A stretch of DNA of 64,000 bases, taken from the NCBI GenBank assembly GCA_035358955.1, contig DAORXN010000003.1, positions 845-64,844 on the forward strand, given 5' to 3'. Each line of letters opens with the position of its first letter. Position 1 is the stretch's first letter. Source of the stretch: Syntrophales bacterium (GTDB lineage: Bacteria; Desulfobacterota; Syntrophia; Syntrophales; UBA8958). Below, one piece after another: positions 37,801-48,712 of the stretch. The translations under genes were made by a program, and so were the position numbers. A model generated the notes under the pieces. It did no database searches, was not told the DNA's origin, and saw only the letters and a program-made list of their open reading frames with translations.

Positions 37801-40800
37801 CGGTCTGGAAGTGAAGGAAAAGACCGCCTTGCTGCCACCTGGACTGGGAGAAAATGATGTATGGATTTATTTCGGTGGATTTTCCAACGTTCGTTTCGCG
37901 GGGAGTTTCGACGGTACGGGGGAGATAATAGGTGATTATTATTGGGGTAAGACGAAGTTCCTCGGATATTCGCAAGGCGATAAAACGATAAGCTTGCCCT
38001 TCGGCATTTACAATCTAAAAATCGGCGCGGGCAATAGTTATTACGAAGATAAGCCGGCGGGAAGTGAGGTTTCTTTCCGCGCCCGAGTGGGGGGTATGGG
38101 AGCATTCGGATACGAGGGTGATGGTTACTGGCTTGCCTCAGTGAACGGTAACTCGTGGATGCCATACGCTGACGGGGCAGATCACGGAACGATCACGGGC
38201 ACCTTGAGCGGCCGCTATCTAACACCGACGCAGATGGGAACCATGACGGGGCCCTTCTACGGGCTCTACCAGGGCTCAGGCGAGGGGACGTGGATAGGCC
38301 TTGCCGTGGGGACCTATGAAGGCGAGAGCCTCGCCATGAGTGCCTCCCTTTCCGGGCATCTGGCCTCCGTCGTGCCGGGATCTTTCAGGGTGCGGGAGTT
38401 CTTGCGCCCCTATTATCGTACCGCGGCGGCACAATCATGGTTCGATCCTCTCCAATATGAGGCCATTTACTTCGTACCCCAAGGGGGAGGGCCGGATATT
38501 ATGCGTACCTTCTCCCACGAGAAAGTAGAAATACCGGGCTCGGATGGATCATATTACGATAAGGGGGTCCCGTACTTCCCGACGGGGAAATGGATGGCCC
38601 TTGAGAAGGGTAACGGCATTACGCAGGTGATCGGGGGCGGTGATACTGATCCAAACTGGTCTCTTGCGGGGGATACTCCGTCGGCCGTAATCAGTCAGAA
38701 CCTATCGTTTTTCGCGAATCCCGATCCCGGCACATCTACCTTTACGTATGGTGTGTTCGTGCCCGCCTACGATGTGATGTGGGAAGGCGTAAACGGCATC
38801 ATGGTGGGAAACGAGATTGAAGGGCGGCTCGGGGTGCTGGCAGGACAAGACCTCTGGACTTCCGCGCCGTCAAACAAGGCTTCCATGGTCATGATGGGCA
38901 CTCACGGTGAATATAGCGGGCATGAGCTCGTATTTATGAGCGGTTATTCCGACTTCGGTAAGGGGGCCTTCTTTGCCGATGTGTTAGGGATCATCCGCAA
39001 GACGGATGCCGCAAGTGGGAATCCCATGGACGGGCTTTTGATCGGTCTTTACGCCGATGGCGAGGGTAAGGTAGGCGTCCTGAAAGGTGAATGGACGGGT
39101 TCCTCCTATCCGGAAATAGGCATGTGGGAGGCGGGGGGAGGTGCCACGGCGGCGATCTACCGGGATGGGACGCTCAAGGATTTTACGGGTAGTTCCGTGA
39201 CCCCAGACGACCTAATAAGTTCCCGCGTTTTAATGGGGGCTTTCGGCCTCGGCACCAACAGTACCCTTTACGGGACCTTTGACGGAAGCGGGTATGTGAG
39301 GACCCCGGTGGGCATCATAGGCCGGACCTATTCTCTCGATGATCAGCCTGATTGGGGCATCTTTCGCCTCACGGCGGGGTTGGTAAATGAATACGACAAA
39401 CCTGCCGGTACGGGGACAGGCTGGAGCGGCACCCTCTTCGGTGACGGGACTTTCGGGCGCTATCCTGGAAGTTCCCCATATAACGATTTGGGTATGTGGT
39501 ACGCGGACCTTACTTCCGGCACGTGGGAAAACGGGAAGATCACGGGCAACTTTGCGGGTGAGTTCGTCACCCTCTTGAAGAAAGGGGCTATCGAAGGCCG
39601 ACTCTTGGGCACCTATGATGGAAATGGTACGTCTTGGCAGGCGGTCGGGGCCGGGACGTGGTCGAAAAGCGAGGAGGTGTACTTTGGAAGCGAGATCTGG
39701 GGAAAGAGCTACGTCCTTACCCACCAAAAATACGGGGGGTTGGTCAAGTACAACTATTCCTACTCCTTTCAGTTTAACGATCAGGGTTACTACCGCTACG
39801 GGAGCGGGGTGCTCACCGAGTGGACAAATCCGTCCTCGCCCGAGAAATATACTTACTATTGGTACGGCATGGAGGGGCCGGAAGGTGCGCCGCAGCGCCA
39901 CATCTGGACCCACACGACGGCGAATGATATCTTCACGTATCAGATAGAGGATTATGAAGACTTAGATGCGTACTACGCTGCCCTGGAAAATCTCGCCCGG
40001 GATCCTAAAACAGGATCACCCATCACCCTCAAGGAAGCGGCAGCTTTTCTGAAGAGTGACTTTAGCGGCGTCTTTGCCGGGCTGGATAACCTCTGGGCGA
40101 ACATCGGCGTGAAAGGCACCCCCGTCTATCTCCTCGGAGATACGAACATGATGGATGCAAAGGGACCCTTCGACCTCTTCCGGGCCGAGGTGGTGAGTGT
40201 GGATCCCTTGGAAAGTTCGGATCCTTATGCAAACTCCAAGAGCCGTGTTTGGGAGGGAAAGTACGGTGCCTACTTCGGCTTCCTGGGTGGTAGAAACGAC
40301 GCCTCGGCACATGCAGATGGTCTTTCCGTCATGTTCAAGGGCTTTTACCTGGATCAGGCTGGGAACTTTGGCCTCCTATATACGGATCCCACGGGCCCCT
40401 TGACCGGTACGGTAAACGAAGAGGTGGGTATGTGGAAAGCGTTAGGAGAGATCTTTGGCTATGCGCTGGGTACGGGTGGCATTTCCGGCGTCACGGCCGA
40501 GAACTTTGCCTCGAAACTTAGTATGGAAGGTTACTATTCTCCTATTTCGCTTTCAGCCGATAACGTGGTGGGTTCGGGCAGTCTTACCATGGAAGTCGTG
40601 GAAAGTACGAATGTCTACCTGCCGGAGCCTTACTTCAATACTTACCGTATTGGCCAGCAGATTTCTGCCGGTACTTACAACGGCACGAGTATCCCCACGG
40701 CCTGGACGTGGACGATGGAGGCAGGAACGGATACCTCTTGGATTCTGACGGAGGTGACGGCAACTAGAAATAACACCTTTGACGCTACCTCTGTCGAAGC

Positions 40801-41422
40801 CCACGTAAACTGGCAGGATGCCCGCACTTATGTAGCGGGGGGAGAAGTGAAGGGTATCTTCAATCCCAGTAATTCCACCTGGAAAGCGGTAGCGAACTCG
40901 TTCCAGATGGAGACGGGGGCCTTGATAAGTAAACTGAACTCGCTTACTTCTGATGAGGCCAGGCAGGCCTTCCAGCAGGCGACACGTATTCCCGCCTTCG
41001 AAATCGGGAGAGCGAATTTAACAGGAATGTATTCGGATGGTCATCTTACCATAGACATGCAGAGTGCTTCCTACGGGATGCGGGACGTCGTTTTCCTTGC
41101 CCCATCCAACGATGCTCGTCCTCAGATTTGGGCGACCGGATCAGTCTCCGGTCATACAACCGGACAGGCCGTTACCCCGGGGACGACGGTTTCGCTTTCT
41201 GATGCGGCAAAGAACATCTCCGCGGATTTCACCTTCAAAGCTTATATGCCTTGCGAGAGCAAGTGGAGTGCCACGGTGAGTGGTAATGCTCCCTCTGGTC
41301 TCGGTAACTATACCAGTGCCTTTACATTCCAGGGTGGGGCTGCCGGTACGATTCAGGGTACCGTCGGAAGTGGTGATTTTACCTTCAGTGGCACGGCGGC
41401 GGGGATCGTACCACCCAAGTGA
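34889..41422 (+). CDS. giant secreted protein: signal peptide, FecR domain, KEA/PT-rich linker, ~1,880-aa Gly/Tyr/Trp/Thr-rich repeat region of unknown fold
   Basis: Uninterrupted 2,177-aa ORF. GGAGGG Shine-Dalgarno, SPI-type signal (TVLA/AP), and the FecR-like GKVTHLEGQADV...GDIVRT...SRVGITLVDGNMIWV...VRGT. Confidence 0.8.
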   Translation: MKAKRSVTISVLLIMLMLMPLTVLAAPVGKVTHLEGQADVTVQGVTTPCRQGMEVNAGDIVRTKKQSRVGITLVDGNMIWVAPLSRLRVTQYSPEEGKQNYCDLFRGKTRVVVNAIAKGSSLEVHTPTAVAGVRGTIFIGFFERGQSGFIFERGSGYGYNRQMPSKVVTIEAGHIMVVPKTDQEPVVRPATRQEIDRHIQDTTGGEEKKAEQEKPTEKAAEGAKEEKKEAEAKQATEAKPEPTTTTDASVTTQVAETETTTVQGTTPSPPPVETPTVLPEPPPPVPVPTATTTDLKPVDVSIDGISGQLTGSVDDKTNKGTLKFAAAGALPNFSKVISGTLSDGSSLDAYLAGVTGSWSGLFYGLAKKGESISLFSAVLEDKSYTGSGTLSASGTLERTSVWKSTSGLAEYEFYAPYFSGVSAQGLAMGMSNGTLYGYEGAAGKIYGIWGSEVVGGAYEGVPVSATVPFGYVHYAEDVLAAVVVGTGTLNDDGAGHVQIGVDHAYYMDGDYYGEVGMSHRGVYAGTDYRGITAGAGLFTPLSYSGFAWGSLFDIEESTQGYIDGLVGGTSGLPWSGSADIKMLGWYYTYPGAAEKRLLWHGLIGDHGYGTDGSYVYTGYALGIWGAEIPGSYRGVYFTEGAGGFLESDDLTFTSYPIANLPQGFDGVWMAQGSLAARAMSVPPGFAMAGFAYLFSPLNLTGTSQSPSVFGQGEFWASLPKGSDGQILPWGLYEAGTSGVGLQGGITNWEVIMGGVESDSSFFAFLGESQGTRSEPGIIRGEARGDFVTPTLVGTFEGPVYGADDGSGNWGTSSIGTMEGKPSLFGGEWTHSTIYNDSGTWAWNGDFDRAYFGLTERTDGKLDFLAIGGFWDKGYGAAGYGGPYILSGALYDSPSGSRTLFEGFTGGIMTKAAADLSGTITDYLTSLYGRYEGGSWQVGLIRGDLSGHFYEMFRNEPEEKLYDMFRLKGTTAGLEVKEKTALLPPGLGENDVWIYFGGFSNVRFAGSFDGTGEIIGDYYWGKTKFLGYSQGDKTISLPFGIYNLKIGAGNSYYEDKPAGSEVSFRARVGGMGAFGYEGDGYWLASVNGNSWMPYADGADHGTITGTLSGRYLTPTQMGTMTGPFYGLYQGSGEGTWIGLAVGTYEGESLAMSASLSGHLASVVPGSFRVREFLRPYYRTAAAQSWFDPLQYEAIYFVPQGGGPDIMRTFSHEKVEIPGSDGSYYDKGVPYFPTGKWMALEKGNGITQVIGGGDTDPNWSLAGDTPSAVISQNLSFFANPDPGTSTFTYGVFVPAYDVMWEGVNGIMVGNEIEGRLGVLAGQDLWTSAPSNKASMVMMGTHGEYSGHELVFMSGYSDFGKGAFFADVLGIIRKTDAASGNPMDGLLIGLYADGEGKVGVLKGEWTGSSYPEIGMWEAGGGATAAIYRDGTLKDFTGSSVTPDDLISSRVLMGAFGLGTNSTLYGTFDGSGYVRTPVGIIGRTYSLDDQPDWGIFRLTAGLVNEYDKPAGTGTGWSGTLFGDGTFGRYPGSSPYNDLGMWYADLTSGTWENGKITGNFAGEFVTLLKKGAIEGRLLGTYDGNGTSWQAVGAGTWSKSEEVYFGSEIWGKSYVLTHQKYGGLVKYNYSYSFQFNDQGYYRYGSGVLTEWTNPSSPEKYTYYWYGMEGPEGAPQRHIWTHTTANDIFTYQIEDYEDLDAYYAALENLARDPKTGSPITLKEAAAFLKSDFSGVFAGLDNLWANIGVKGTPVYLLGDTNMMDAKGPFDLFRAEVVSVDPLESSDPYANSKSRVWEGKYGAYFGFLGGRNDASAHADGLSVMFKGFYLDQAGNFGLLYTDPTGPLTGTVNEEVGMWKALGEIFGYALGTGGISGVTAENFASKLSMEGYYSPISLSADNVVGSGSLTMEVVESTNVYLPEPYFNTYRIGQQISAGTYNGTSIPTAWTWTMEAGTDTSWILTEVTATRNNTFDATSVEAHVNWQDARTYVAGGEVKGIFNPSNSTWKAVANSFQMETGALISKLNSLTSDEARQAFQQATRIPAFEIGRANLTGMYSDGHLTIDMQSASYGMRDVVFLAPSNDARPQIWATGSVSGHTTGQAVTPGTTVSLSDAAKNISADFTFKAYMPCESKWSATVSGNAPSGLGNYTSAFTFQGGAAGTIQGTVGSGDFTFSGTAAGIVPPK

Positions 41423-41437
41423 GGAGAGGTCACGGTT

Positions 41438-41953
41438 TTAACGGCGGGCCGGGGGCTTTACTTCCGGCCCGTTTTTTTTGTCCTGAATGAGGGCGTAAAA
41501 GAGAAGCCCCGCTCCCAACGTGATGGCCGAATCAGCCACGTTAAAGGCAGGCCAGTGGGCGCTACCTAAGAAGAAGTCGAGGAAGTCTATCACCTCCCCT
41601 AACCGGATGCGGTCGATCATGTTGCCCACGGCCCCGGCGAAGATGAGCGATAGGGCGTAAGTAAAAACGGGCGGGCGCTCCGGGTAGCGGCGTAAATAAT
41701 AGAGAATGAGGATCACGGCCAAGATAGCCACGGTCAGGAAAAAAAACGACCTCCAACCCGGGGGGGCCTGGGCGAGAAAACCGAAGGCGGCCCCGGGGTT
41801 TCGAACGTACGTGATGTGAAAGAATCCGGGAATTACGCAAATCGTCGAATGCAAGGAAAGGGTGGAGGCAATCCACCACTTCGAAACCTGGTCGAGGGTA
41901 ACTACGAAAGCGGCGATGAGTAAAAAGGCAAGGTCCCTCTTCCAAAGCTGCAT
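41438..41953 (-). CDS. lspA: lipoprotein signal peptidase II
   Basis: ...DQVSKWWI...ITYVRNPGAAFGF...GNMIDR...FNVAD... are canonical LspA motifs. Start at ATG 41953. Confidence 0.9.
   Translation of the reverse strand: MQLWKRDLAFLLIAAFVVTLDQVSKWWIASTLSLHSTICVIPGFFHITYVRNPGAAFGFLAQAPPGWRSFFFLTVAILAVILILYYLRRYPERPPVFTYALSLIFAGAVGNMIDRIRLGEVIDFLDFFLGSAHWPAFNVADSAITLGAGLLFYALIQDKKNGPEVKPPARR
41446..41479 (+). terminator. rho-independent terminator of the giant gene (embedded in the 3' coding tail of lspA on the other strand)
   Basis: CGGGCCGG...CCGGCCCG stem followed by TTTTTTTT, 24 nt after the TGA at 41420-41422. Confidence 0.6.
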
Positions 41954-41957
41954 GTGT

Positions 41958-44753
41958 TTAGACCCTCGGGGCACATCGTTCGCAGATGTGGGGGTGATTC
42001 GGATTTATGCCCAGATGTTCGCTGTAAATCCAGCAGCGCTGACACTTTTCTCCCGGCGCCTTGCCTACACGGATGATGAGCCCGGGGAGTTCTTCGCTCT
42101 TGAGGGAGACAGGAAAACCTTCCTCCGGCCCGTTAAGCAGGACGCGGGAAACGATTAAGAGGGCCCGCAAATCCTCTTCCCTGCCCGAGAGAACCTCCCT
42201 AATCCTCTCCGGCGCTTGGATGTACACGGCGGCATCCAGGGAGTGGCCGATGATTTTCCTTTGGCGGGCGGCTTCTATGGCCCGCGCGACCTCGGCGCGT
42301 ACGTCGAGGAGGAGCTTCCATCGGGCGGCGAGTTTTTCGTCGAGAAAATTGCTGTTTACCTCCGGGAAGGAAGCGAGATGTACGCTTTCCGTCTTCCCCG
42401 CCCAGTCAGGCAGGTGGGACCATATCTCCTCGGCAGTGAAGGAGAGGATGGGGGCGATAAGGCGGCTCATGGCATCGACGATGAGCCACATGGCCGTCTG
42501 GGCCGAGCGCCGCCCTTTTTCGTCGGGTTTCGAGGTGTAAAGGCGGTCTTTCAAGACGTCGAGATAAAGGGCGCTTAAGTCCACCGTGCAGTAATTGTAC
42601 AGGGTGTAATAGACGATGTGGAATTGATAGCGCTCGTAGGCACCCCTCACGCGGCCGATGACCTCCTGGAGGCGGTGGAGGGCAAAGCGGTCCATCTCCG
42701 TCATCTCTTCGTAAGGGACACGGTCCCTTGCCGGGTTGAAGTCATAGAGGTTTCCCAGGATGAAGCGATTCGTGTTTCTTATGCGCCGGTAGGCTTCGAT
42801 TAAGCGGCTTATGATTTCCTCGGAGATGCGGATATCCACCGTGTAATCCTCGGCGGCCACCCACAGGCGAAGGATCTCTGCCCCATAGCGGTCGATGATC
42901 TCCTGCGGTTCGACCACGTTTCCCAGGGATTTGGACATCTTCTTCCCCTCGCCGTCCACGACGAAACCGTGCGTAAGGACCGTTCGATAAGGGGCGCGAC
43001 CGCGGGTGCCGATGGATTCCAACAAGGAAGAGTGAAACCAGCCCCGATGCTGGTCGCTTCCCTCCAGGTACATATCGGCCGGCGAACGAAGATCGGCCCT
43101 CGTCTCCAGGACGGCAGCGTGGCTGACGCCGGAGTCAAACCAGACATCGAGGATGTTCGTCTCCTTCCTGAAGGGGCCCGGACTGCCGCAGTGGGGACAC
43201 GTGCTTCCGGGAGGCAGGAGCCCCTCCGCCTCACGTTCGAACCAGACGTCGGCGCCGTGATGGCGGACAAGGTCCACGACGTGGTTCAGGATTTCTTCCG
43301 TAAGGAAATCCCCGCCACACTTGCGGCAGTAAAATACGGTAATCGGCACGCCCCAGAGCCTCTGGCGCGAAATACACCAGTCGGGGCGGTTTTCTATCAT
43401 GGCATAGATGCGGTCCTCTCCCCAGGCGGGTATCCAGGTCACGCCCCGGATGGCCTCCAGGGCCTTTTTCCTCAGGTCGTTCTTCTCCATAGAGATGAAC
43501 CACTGCTCCGTGGAACGGAAGATGATGGGCTCCTTGCAGCGCCAGCAGTGGGGATAGGAGTGTTCCATCTCCAGATAGCCCAGGAGATTTCCCGCTGCCT
43601 TCAGGCGCTCGATGACATGCGCATTGGCAGCAAAGACGAATTCCCCGGCAAAGTACTCTACGTCGGGGGTAAATTTACCTTCTTCATCGACGGGGGCGTA
43701 ATTTTCCAGGCCGTAGGCCATGCCTATTTCATAGTCTTCCTGACCGTGGCCGGGGGCGATATGAACAAGCCCCGTCCCCGCATCCAGGGTGACGAAGGGG
43801 GCCAGGATGAGGACGCTCTCCCTCTCGTAGAGGGGATGGTGGGCCTTTTCCCCTTCCAGTACCTTGCCGGGGAACTCCGCGATGACCTCGTAGGGCAGAT
43901 TTCTGAAGCCAAAGGCCTCCCGGCAGTAATCCACGAGCTCCGCCGCCACGATGTACACTTCGCCTGCGACCTTGAGGGCGGCATAGGAAAAGTCCTCGTG
44001 CACGGCAATGGCAAGGTTCGCGGGAATCGTCCAGGGGGTCGTGGTCCAGATGACGTAGCTTACCCGTTCCCCCTTCAGGGCGGGTATCTTTTCTCCCAGA
44101 TCCGTGATGGCGGGAAACTTCACATAGATGGAGGGGGTTATGTGGCTGTCGTATTCCACCTCCGCCTCGGCGAGGGCGGTCTTGCAGGAGGCACACCAGT
44201 AAACGGGCTTTTTCCCCTTGTACACGGAACCCGCCAGGTAGAGCCGGCCAAATTCACGGACCGTGATGGCCTCGTATTCGTAAGACATGGTGAGATAGGG
44301 ATTTTGCCAGTCCCCGAAGGCGCCCAGGCGCTTGAACTGGTCGCGCTGGATGGCGACGTACTTTTCCGCGTAAGCGCGACAGGCCCTTCTCTTCTCCGCC
44401 TGAGAAATGGAAAGCCTCTTTTCTCCTAACTCCTTGTCCACCTGGTGTTCGATGGGCAGGCCGTGGCAATCCCAGCCCGGCACGAAGACGGTATCGAAAC
44501 CGCTCATGTTCTTCGACTTTATAACGATGTCCTTTATTATCTTGTTCAGGGCCGTGCCCAGATGGATGTTACCGTTGGCGTAAGGGGGGCCGTCGTGCAG
44601 GATGAAGGGCGGTCTGCCCTTCGATGCCTCCCTAATTTTTCGATAGATGTCCCATTCTTCCCAGCGAGCAAGTATCTCCGGTTCCCGGGTGGTGAGATTG
44701 GCCTTCATGGGAAATGAGGTCTGCGGGAGGTTCAAGGTGTCTTTATAGTCCAT
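41958..44753 (-). CDS. ileS: isoleucyl-tRNA synthetase
   Basis: [12 protein letters not shown]..., a HIGH-type motif ([11 protein letters not shown]), KMSKS and C-terminal Zn-finger Cys pairs. 931 aa from ATG 44753. Confidence 0.95.
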   Translation of the reverse strand: MDYKDTLNLPQTSFPMKANLTTREPEILARWEEWDIYRKIREASKGRPPFILHDGPPYANGNIHLGTALNKIIKDIVIKSKNMSGFDTVFVPGWDCHGLPIEHQVDKELGEKRLSISQAEKRRACRAYAEKYVAIQRDQFKRLGAFGDWQNPYLTMSYEYEAITVREFGRLYLAGSVYKGKKPVYWCASCKTALAEAEVEYDSHITPSIYVKFPAITDLGEKIPALKGERVSYVIWTTTPWTIPANLAIAVHEDFSYAALKVAGEVYIVAAELVDYCREAFGFRNLPYEVIAEFPGKVLEGEKAHHPLYERESVLILAPFVTLDAGTGLVHIAPGHGQEDYEIGMAYGLENYAPVDEEGKFTPDVEYFAGEFVFAANAHVIERLKAAGNLLGYLEMEHSYPHCWRCKEPIIFRSTEQWFISMEKNDLRKKALEAIRGVTWIPAWGEDRIYAMIENRPDWCISRQRLWGVPITVFYCRKCGGDFLTEEILNHVVDLVRHHGADVWFEREAEGLLPPGSTCPHCGSPGPFRKETNILDVWFDSGVSHAAVLETRADLRSPADMYLEGSDQHRGWFHSSLLESIGTRGRAPYRTVLTHGFVVDGEGKKMSKSLGNVVEPQEIIDRYGAEILRLWVAAEDYTVDIRISEEIISRLIEAYRRIRNTNRFILGNLYDFNPARDRVPYEEMTEMDRFALHRLQEVIGRVRGAYERYQFHIVYYTLYNYCTVDLSALYLDVLKDRLYTSKPDEKGRRSAQTAMWLIVDAMSRLIAPILSFTAEEIWSHLPDWAGKTESVHLASFPEVNSNFLDEKLAARWKLLLDVRAEVARAIEAARQRKIIGHSLDAAVYIQAPERIREVLSGREEDLRALLIVSRVLLNGPEEGFPVSLKSEELPGLIIRVGKAPGEKCQRCWIYSEHLGINPNHPHICERCAPRV

Positions 44754-44910
44754 TTGTCTATACCTCACGAAATAAAAGGGTTTTCAAGCCCCCTCTCTAT
44801 AGAGGAGATTCCGTGAAATGTAAAGACCTTTGCCTTTCTTCGCGAAAGGATTCCGGAAATGTAGCGGCATTTAAAGTTTATCAACGGGGGCCGGGGGCTT
44901 TACTCCCAAG

Positions 44911-44938
44911 AAAAAAGGCCCCACCGTGAGGCGGGACC
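44911..44938 (-). terminator. rho-independent terminator after groEL
   Basis: Minus-strand RNA reads GGUCCCGCC-UCAC-GGUGGGGCC (9 bp including 2 G-U pairs) followed by UUUUUU. Confidence 0.6.
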
Positions 44939-44964
44939 TTTTTCTTGGTTACGGATGAGTCACA

Positions 44965-46608
<1,644 letters not shown>

Positions 46609-46899
46609 TTATTTTTCAACGATGCCGAGAATGTCGTCTTCTCGCATGATCAGATATTCCTGGCCTTCGATTTTCACTTCCGTCCCTGCGTACTTGCTGA
46701 AGAGAATGGTGTCGCCGGCTTTCACGGTGAGGGGTAACACTTTGCCATCTTCCGTAACCCGGCCCTTGCCTACGGCGATGACCTTGCCCTGCATGGGCTT
46801 CTCCTTGGCGGTATCGGGAATGATGATGCCTCCCTTGGTCTTCTCTTCTTCCGCCAGTCTCTCTACGATAACCCTGTCCTGTAATGGCCTTATCTTCAT
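46609..46899 (-). CDS. groES: co-chaperonin GroES
   Basis: 96 aa. [12 protein letters not shown]...[13 protein letters not shown]... Confidence 0.97.
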   Translation of the reverse strand: MKIRPLQDRVIVERLAEEEKTKGGIIIPDTAKEKPMQGKVIAVGKGRVTEDGKVLPLTVKAGDTILFSKYAGTEVKIEGQEYLIMREDDILGIVEK

Positions 46900-46985
46900 A
46901 TCCGTAACCTCTCCTTTCTTCTGGAATTAATGAATGCAATTCGAGCAAGGGGTAACTTAAACACGAATTCTCTCGTGTCAAGGTG

Positions 46986-47987
46986 TTAATTAATGAGCAT
47001 AATGATGGCCATGTAGAGGATGGCCGAAATGGCCGCCGAGAGAGGAATGGTTAGCACCCAGGCCCACACGATGTTGCTCGCCACTCCCCAGCGGACGGCG
47101 GTCAGCCTCTTTACGGCCCCCACCCCCACGATGGCGCCCGTGATGGTGTGGGTAGTGCTCACGGGTATGCCGAACAACGTTGCCCCGATGATGGAACAGG
47201 CGGCAGCCGTCTCGGCGCTGAAGCCACCGATGGGTTGCAGTTTGGTTATCTTCGTGCCCATCGTCTTTACGATGCGCCAGCCACCCGTCATGGTGCCCAG
47301 GGCGATGAAAAGGTAGCAAAGGAACTCCACCCAGAAAGGGATATGAAACGTCCCCCCCAAAAGGCCCCGACTGTAGAGGACGACGGCGATGATGCCCATG
47401 GTTTTCTGGGCATCGTTCATGCCGTGTCCCAGGCTGAATATGGCGGCGGATAAAAGCTGCAATTTGCGGAATAATTTTTGGGTGCGGGCAATGTTGGAGT
47501 GGCGGCTTAAGTTGAGGACCGAGGCCATGAAGAAGAGGCCCAATCCCAGGCCGATTAAAGGAGAAATGAAGATGAAGGCCGTGGTCTTGATAATGCCGTT
47601 CCAAATGAGGGTCTCGGTTCCCGCTTTGACGACGCCTGCCCCGATGAGGCCCCCGATCAAGGCGTGAGAGGAACTGCTGGGAAGGCCTAAGTACCAGGTG
47701 ATGAGGTTCCAGGTGATGGCTCCCCCCAGGGTCGCGATGATTATGTAGTCATCTACAATGTCTGGGTGGATGATGCCCGTGCCGATCGTCTTCGCCACGG
47801 GGGTACCCACGAAGAAAATGGCGGCAAAGTTGAAAAAAGCCGCCCAGAGGACGGCTATCTTGGGGGAAAGAACGCGGGTAGATACGACGGTCGAGATGGA
47901 GTTGGCGGAGTCATGGAAGCCATTGATAAAATCGAAAATCAGGGCCGCCGCCACAATGATGAGGACGAAAAGGGGGATATTAAGCAT
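46986..47987 (-). CDS. inorganic phosphate transporter (PiT family)
   Basis: FDFINGFHDSANSI and a second GMNDAQK repeat motif; 333 aa. Confidence 0.88.
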   Translation of the reverse strand: MLNIPLFVLIIVAAALIFDFINGFHDSANSISTVVSTRVLSPKIAVLWAAFFNFAAIFFVGTPVAKTIGTGIIHPDIVDDYIIIATLGGAITWNLITWYLGLPSSSSHALIGGLIGAGVVKAGTETLIWNGIIKTTAFIFISPLIGLGLGLFFMASVLNLSRHSNIARTQKLFRKLQLLSAAIFSLGHGMNDAQKTMGIIAVVLYSRGLLGGTFHIPFWVEFLCYLFIALGTMTGGWRIVKTMGTKITKLQPIGGFSAETAAACSIIGATLFGIPVSTTHTITGAIVGVGAVKRLTAVRWGVASNIVWAWVLTIPLSAAISAILYMAIIMLIN

Positions 47988-48600
47988 TTTTCAAAACGAT
48001 GCCTTCGACGATGTTCGAGACGTCTTCACAGGTATCCAACGTTTCCTCGAAGCGCTCGAATATCTCCTTCCACTTGATGAGTTCGAAGGGGTCTTTTTCC
48101 CGTTCGAACAGGTCGGCCATGCATGTCCTTAAGATGTTATCGCCGGCATTTTCGAGGGTGTTGATTTCGATGCACGCCTGAAGGATCCGTGGGGCATTTT
48201 TCATGTCCCGCAAGGCCTGAACGATCTCCATGACCTTCGTCGTGGCATTCGTGAGGAGTTTTGCCTGTTCAATGAGTTCGGGGTAAGTCTCCTTGACCTT
48301 GTAAATGCCCATCCGAACGGCGGTGGCTTCGGTCATATCGAGGATGCTGTCCATCTTGTTTACCAGGGCGTAGATATCTTCTCGATCCAGGGGGGTGAGG
48401 AAGGTTTTGTGCATCTTTTCATAGGTGCGATGGGTAATCATGTCCGCTTCGTGCTCTATTTCCTTGAGTTTCGTGAGTTTGGACTGAAAATCCTCGTTGG
48501 TGGTCACCATATCGAGGAAGAGCAAGGCCCCCTCATGAATCTTGGCGGCAAGCTCCTCAAACAAGTCAAAAAATTTTTCCTCCCGGGGAATGATGCGCAT
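47980..48600 (-). CDS. DUF47 (PhoU-like) protein associated with PiT transporters
   Basis: 206 aa, helical, MRIIPREEKFFDLFEE.... It overlaps the pit start by 8 nt, which is the classic DUF47-pit pair. Confidence 0.8.
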   Translation of the reverse strand: MRIIPREEKFFDLFEELAAKIHEGALLFLDMVTTNEDFQSKLTKLKEIEHEADMITHRTYEKMHKTFLTPLDREDIYALVNKMDSILDMTEATAVRMGIYKVKETYPELIEQAKLLTNATTKVMEIVQALRDMKNAPRILQACIEINTLENAGDNILRTCMADLFEREKDPFELIKWKEIFERFEETLDTCEDVSNIVEGIVLKNA

Positions 48601-48712
48601 GAAGACCTCTCCTTCCTAACCGGTTTTCCCCTCTGTCAGGGCCGGGCGTCATCTACCGGATTACGGAGCAAAATGCAATAATTTTCCCCTAATCTATGGA
48701 TATCGTTCACTA

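Noticed and set aside
41441-41466. A shared 17-mer GGGCCGGGGGCTTTACT, with similar flanks, at 41447-41463 and 44888-44904, possibly a REP-like element.
   Set aside because: There are only two copies. A single 17-nt match in 64 kb on two strands is not far from chance expectation, and there is no consistent secondary structure at the second site.
42969-44429. 486-aa ORF on the + strand, the longest of many 100-270-aa ORFs antisense to real genes. Others include 13628-14401, 14669-15493, 26169-26885, 37181-37975, 39230-39913 and 46292-46930.
   Set aside because: Each lies entirely inside and antisense to a gene with unmistakable homology (ileS, gpmI, livG, the giant ORF, groEL). Their translations are Arg/Gly/Pro-rich low-information sequence, typical of GC-rich antisense frames, and they have no Shine-Dalgarno.
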